Shown here: positions 17,509-21,084 of the stretch, one piece after another | Layout of the letters: each line of letters begins with the position of its first letter | Position numbering within the stretch: the first letter of the stretch is position 1 | NCBI GenBank assembly: GCA_038999215.1 | Contig: JAWABM010000012.1 | Location: forward strand, 1-21,084 | From: Candidatus Aenigmatarchaeota archaeon | GTDB taxonomy: Archaea; Aenigmatarchaeota; Aenigmatarchaeia; Aenigmatarchaeales; JACQIB01 | Direction: 5' to 3' | Length of the DNA stretch: 21,084 nucleotides | Notes under the pieces: generated by a model | What the model was told of the DNA's origin: nothing | The model's input: the letters and a program-made list of their open reading frames with translations, nothing else | Database searches by the model: none | Position numbers and translations under genes: made by a program

Positions 17509-18687
17509 CTAACGGGGCAGCCCCCTGACGACCCTCTCGACCCTGTCCATGGCCTTCCTTATGTTAGCCATGCTAGTCGTATAGCTGAAGCGGAGATGTC
17601 CCTCGCCTGCCAGGCCGTACTCGGAGCCCGGGATGCAAACTACCTTGCCCTGCTCTAGGATTTTCTTAGCCAGGTCAGCGGACCTGACCCCGAAGTCATA
17701 CTTCGGGAAAACGTAGAACGCGCCGCGGGGCTCGGGGCAGTAAACGCCTTCAATCTCGTTCAGGCGCCTGTGGATGAAGAGCCTGCGCCTGTCATACTCC
17801 GCCAGAACCTTCTTGAAAAAGGCCCTCGGCCGCTTCAGCGCTTCGACGCAGCCGTACTGGAGCGGCATGGGCGCGGCTATGGTGTTGAACAGGTGTATCT
17901 TGGTCATGGCTTTGATGACCTTCTCAGGTCCAATCGAATAGCCGATGCGGAAACCTGTCAGGGCGAAAGTCTTCGAGAACGTGAAGAGCGTGAGCGTGCG
18001 GTCTGCCATGCCGTTGAGGCTCGCCATTGAGACGTGCCTGCCGCTGTAGACGAAGTGCTCGTAGGCCTCGTCGGATATTACCAGCCAATCGTTCTCCACG
18101 GCCACGTCGGCTATCTCTTCCAGAACCTTCTTCGGATAAACGGCGCCGGTCGGATTATTTGGCGTGTTGATTATTATGCCAATGGTCTTCTTGGGCTCGA
18201 TGACGGACTTCCTTATGATGTCCGCATTCGGGAAAAAATCATCCTCCATTGTCACGCGCACCGGAACGGACACGCCGTTCACAAGCTCTATGACAGGCTT
18301 GTAGGACTCGTAGGACGGGTCGACCACCATCATGTGCTCGCCCGGGTCCAGCGTCGCCATTGCGACGTTCACTATGGCTTCGCTCGCCCCGCCGCAGTGA
18401 ACGAGCACGTTCTCCAATCCCGCCCTAATCCTGTTCTCCTTCGTGGCCTTCTTCAGTATGGCTTCGCGGAGCTCGGGCACGCCCCTGTCCGGGCCGTAAT
18501 GCGTCTTTCCGGCGTCGAGCGCCCGCTTGGCCGCGTCCAGGACGTACTTCGGCGGCCTGAAATCAGGGTCGCCGGGGCCCAGGGATATCACGCCCCTCTT
18601 TCCCGCCTCCCCAAGGGCAGTCTCGAGCGCGAACTCGCCCAAGCTGAACTCGCGCTGCGATATCGTGCGCACAAGCCTGGCGGCCAT
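17509..18687 (-). CDS. PLP-dependent aminotransferase class I/II (392 aa)
   Basis: LGPGDPDF, NTPNNPTG, SDEAY, FSKTFALTGFRIG, GAFYVFP, HLRFSY. Start placed at MAARLV by family length and an upstream TATA-like element. Confidence 0.93.
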   Translation of the reverse strand: MAARLVRTISQREFSLGEFALETALGEAGKRGVISLGPGDPDFRPPKYVLDAAKRALDAGKTHYGPDRGVPELREAILKKATKENRIRAGLENVLVHCGGASEAIVNVAMATLDPGEHMMVVDPSYESYKPVIELVNGVSVPVRVTMEDDFFPNADIIRKSVIEPKKTIGIIINTPNNPTGAVYPKKVLEEIADVAVENDWLVISDEAYEHFVYSGRHVSMASLNGMADRTLTLFTFSKTFALTGFRIGYSIGPEKVIKAMTKIHLFNTIAAPMPLQYGCVEALKRPRAFFKKVLAEYDRRRLFIHRRLNEIEGVYCPEPRGAFYVFPKYDFGVRSADLAKKILEQGKVVCIPGSEYGLAGEGHLRFSYTTSMANIRKAMDRVERVVRGLPR

Positions 18688-18741
18688 GCCAAATATTGGC
18701 CCGAGGTCAGCAATAAATACTTTGCCTGCCATGATTGGCGA

Positions 18742-18897
18742 ATGCCAGAGGTCTCTTTGCCCAAGGATTCTTCGCCGAGCATGCCCCAGCCGGGGCTGCG
18801 GGGCGACATCGAAGAGGAGGAAGCCTGCGAGGAATGCACAGGGCATGAAATGTTCCCTTTCGAGCAGCTGGTCTGGCATCCGGAAAGGAGGTACTAA
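18742..18897 (+). CDS. Small hypothetical protein with CxxC-x2-H (51 aa)
   Basis: MPEVSLPKDSSPSMPQPGLRGDIEEEEACEECTGHEMFPFEQLVWHPERRY fills the gap between genes. AATAAATA lies 22 nt upstream. Its stop overlaps the convergent radical SAM stop. Confidence 0.5.
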   Translation: MPEVSLPKDSSPSMPQPGLRGDIEEEEACEECTGHEMFPFEQLVWHPERRY

Positions 18898-19925
18898 TTC
18901 AAGGGCGTGAGCTCAAAGTCCCACGGGTTCGCGGTAGGGTATTCCTCTACAATGGCGACGCGCAGCTTCGCCTTCTTTGCGATGCGCTTGGCAATGTCGG
19001 CTGAGAACTCGGCGCGGCCGCGCTCCCTGTTCAAAAAGAACTCCTTCACGCCGAGCCTCTTGAGCTCGGCCTCGGCGCCGTCGCCCTCCATAACGCCCTT
19101 GAGCAGGAAGCCGTCCGGCGTCACCTTCTCAAACGGCCTTTTGACATTGCTCGCCCTGTTAATGAGGCGGTTGCGAAGCTGGCAGTCGAGCTTCAGGCGG
19201 GCAGTGCAGAAATGCGCAGGCAGGCGCTTGCCGAGAGCATGCTGCAGGACTGCGAGCGCCGTCCTGTCGCTGCCCCTGACTGCTGTGAGCGAGTCCGCCT
19301 TCAAGGTCAGCCCGAGCTTCAGCATCGGCTCCACGTTGCGCTCGGAGAACTCGAGCTCATTGAGATTGAGGAAATGAGCGCCCGTTGCGGCGAGAAAGTC
19401 AACAAGCCCGCAAAGCTCCTTCTCCTTGCCAGGAATGCAAGGCACCTCCATGCCGACCTTCCAGCCGGCGAGCTTCAGCGCCCGCTCAACGGCCGTACGG
19501 TCAAGATGGATTCTTAGCTCGTCAAGCCCTGCCTCATTGAGCTTGCGCAGCACGTCGTCAGTGGCGAGAGTGCCGTTGGTGTACATGTGTATGTGGAAGC
19601 CCTTGCCGAACTCCTTCTTGAGCAGGCGGATGTAATCGCAGACGCGGTCGACCACCATCAATGGCTCGCCGCCTGTTATGCCTGCGCCCTTTGCTCCGCA
19701 GAGCTTTGCCTCCTCAATGATGTCTTCCGGCTTTTCCACGCGGCGCTCGTTGGCCCACACCTCGTCCTTCTGCCAGCGGCCCTGGGAGATCGAGCAGTAG
19801 TAGCAGTTCTGGTTGCACAGGCCCGTCACGAAGAGGACGAGCTTGCGGCCCTCTATGCAGAGCTCGCAGCCCTCAGTTACTTTTCCTGCGGCGAACGATC
19901 CGCCCTTAGTCTTCGAGACCTTCAT
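18894..19925 (-). CDS. Archaeal radical SAM protein of unknown function (COG2108-like), 343 aa
   Basis: GCELC..GRKLVLFVTGLCNQNCYYC (CxxxCxxC), GITGGEP, HMYT, GLDELRIH, FLNLNELE. Confidence 0.9.
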   Translation of the reverse strand: MKVSKTKGGSFAAGKVTEGCELCIEGRKLVLFVTGLCNQNCYYCSISQGRWQKDEVWANERRVEKPEDIIEEAKLCGAKGAGITGGEPLMVVDRVCDYIRLLKKEFGKGFHIHMYTNGTLATDDVLRKLNEAGLDELRIHLDRTAVERALKLAGWKVGMEVPCIPGKEKELCGLVDFLAATGAHFLNLNELEFSERNVEPMLKLGLTLKADSLTAVRGSDRTALAVLQHALGKRLPAHFCTARLKLDCQLRNRLINRASNVKRPFEKVTPDGFLLKGVMEGDGAEAELKRLGVKEFFLNRERGRAEFSADIAKRIAKKAKLRVAIVEEYPTANPWDFELTPLN

Positions 19926-19948
19926 AAGACAGAAGAAACCAGCTAAGG

Positions 19949-19955
19949 TTTTAAA
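19949..19955. promoter_or_regulatory. Bidirectional TATA (TTTTAAA)
   Basis: Lies 22-23 nt from both divergent ATGs (19925 and 19978). Confidence 0.55.
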
Positions 19956-19977
19956 GTTTAGCCACCTATTTGCGCGC

Positions 19978-20214
19978 ATGCCAAAGCGCATGAATCCTAG
20001 GATAGAGCAAGAGGTGATGGGACCGGGTTACGCTGACCCGCGCAAGCGCATTCCGGACGTGCCGCTAATGGACACGGACATATACCAGTGCCCCAGCTGC
20101 GGCGAGATAACGAGCAGCCTGAGCGACAGGGAGACCATCAGGTGCAGGAAATGCGGGAACGAATACTTCAAGTACGACGCGCGACTGGCGGACAACGAAG
20201 AAATGATGGAATGA
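19978..20214 (+). CDS. Small Zn-ribbon protein (78 aa)
   Basis: YQCPSCG...IRCRKCG double CxxC motif, with TATA at the expected spacing. Confidence 0.75.
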   Translation: MPKRMNPRIEQEVMGPGYADPRKRIPDVPLMDTDIYQCPSCGEITSSLSDRETIRCRKCGNEYFKYDARLADNEEMME

Positions 20215-20224
20215 GCGTTCAAAC

Positions 20225-21084
20225 TCATTTGCGCAGAATACCGTACTTGGTCCTTAATCTTTTCATGTCACACACGACCTTCTTGCTGCCAGCAAGCGTA
20301 CGACCCATGTACTTTCCATAAAAGGCCTTTCCCTCAGCTTCAAGCTCCCTTATCTGCTTCCTGATTCCGTTTAAATGTGAAACAGCGCTTTCAACCTCCT
20401 GCACATCCTCATTTGTCGTTTTATGCGGATTAATTGTGTGGCGAGCCTTCACAGCATTCAAATGATTCTCAAGAATCTCGTTTTCCATTTTCCCCCTTGT
20501 TTCATCGTCATACAAGCCTTCGCGTATTTTTTTCAAGGAGTGCTTAATCCCCAAGCTTATCTCAAGTTCTTTGGCCTCTTCGTAGAGGCGGCGAAGTTTG
20601 TCCTGCCTTTCCGTATGCTTCTTGCCGTCATTCATCATGGTCTCAAGGAACTTTTCGCCGGATTCGCGGTCGACCATCGCCCTAATCAGTCCGTCTATGG
20701 CGCAATAAGTGCTTTTGTCCAGATCGGTCGGACCGTCCTTTCCGAGCGACGCCTTTTCGTGTGCGGCGCGCAGTATTTCGGCTTCCTCATAGTCAAAATA
20801 CCTTTTTCCTCCAGAAATTTCTTCTGGTCCCGGCTGAGTTTGCTAAGATCTCCCTCGAGGAGAACAGCATAATCCACGCCGATCTTCCTAAGAAGGTCGT
20901 CAAAATAAGCGCAGAAGCCGTGCTTGTAAAGGCCTGCCTCCCTGTCCACGGGGACAGCAGGTTCAGGTCCACCAGCTTCTTGGCATCAGCCAGCTCTATG
21001 TCCAGTTCGTCCACTATGGTGGACTTTGCCTCCTCGACAACGCTCATGAGCGGCTCTAATTCGGTACCATTGAATACGCCCTTT
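20225..21084 (-). pseudogene. 3' part of one large helical hypothetical gene running off the window edge, split by two single-base frameshifts
   Basis: Adding one base to the runs at 20950-20953 and 20795-20798 joins three ORF-track fragments: ...DLNLLSP/VDREAGLY...EEKGIF/DYEEAEIL...GLIRAMVDRESGEK... Confidence 0.7.

Noticed and set aside
20790..20955. Programmed -1 ribosomal frameshifting
   Set aside because: No X-XXY-YYZ slippery heptamer at either junction, and two shifts in one gene are better explained by indels.

Overview
Archaeal chromosomal window, probably a DPANN lineage such as Aenigmarchaeota (inferred from gene content and style, not from a search). It is mostly housekeeping genes: radB, a four-gene cdc48 operon, histone, APC permease, map, YkgJ-family protein, PurD-like ATP-grasp ligase, Lhr helicase, standalone Asn-synthase domain, nth, acdA, an aminotransferase and a radical SAM protein. 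I found no rRNA, tRNA, CRISPR array or mobile element. Four things stand out. (1) A 370-aa family B DNA polymerase has only palm, fingers and thumb. It has its own TATA box, keeps its catalytic aspartates, lacks exonuclease, N-terminal domain and PIP box, and has altered dNTP-selection residues. (2) The cdc48 operon is headed by an orphan Cas2/VapD-like gene, and Cdc48 and the adjacent DUF3467-like protein both end in RYIG. (3) A perfect 24-bp palindrome lies over the promoter of an unannotated 48-aa ORF. (4) Three genes are broken (one in-frame stop, three single-base frameshifts), most likely by sequencing or assembly errors. All family calls come from motif recognition by eye.
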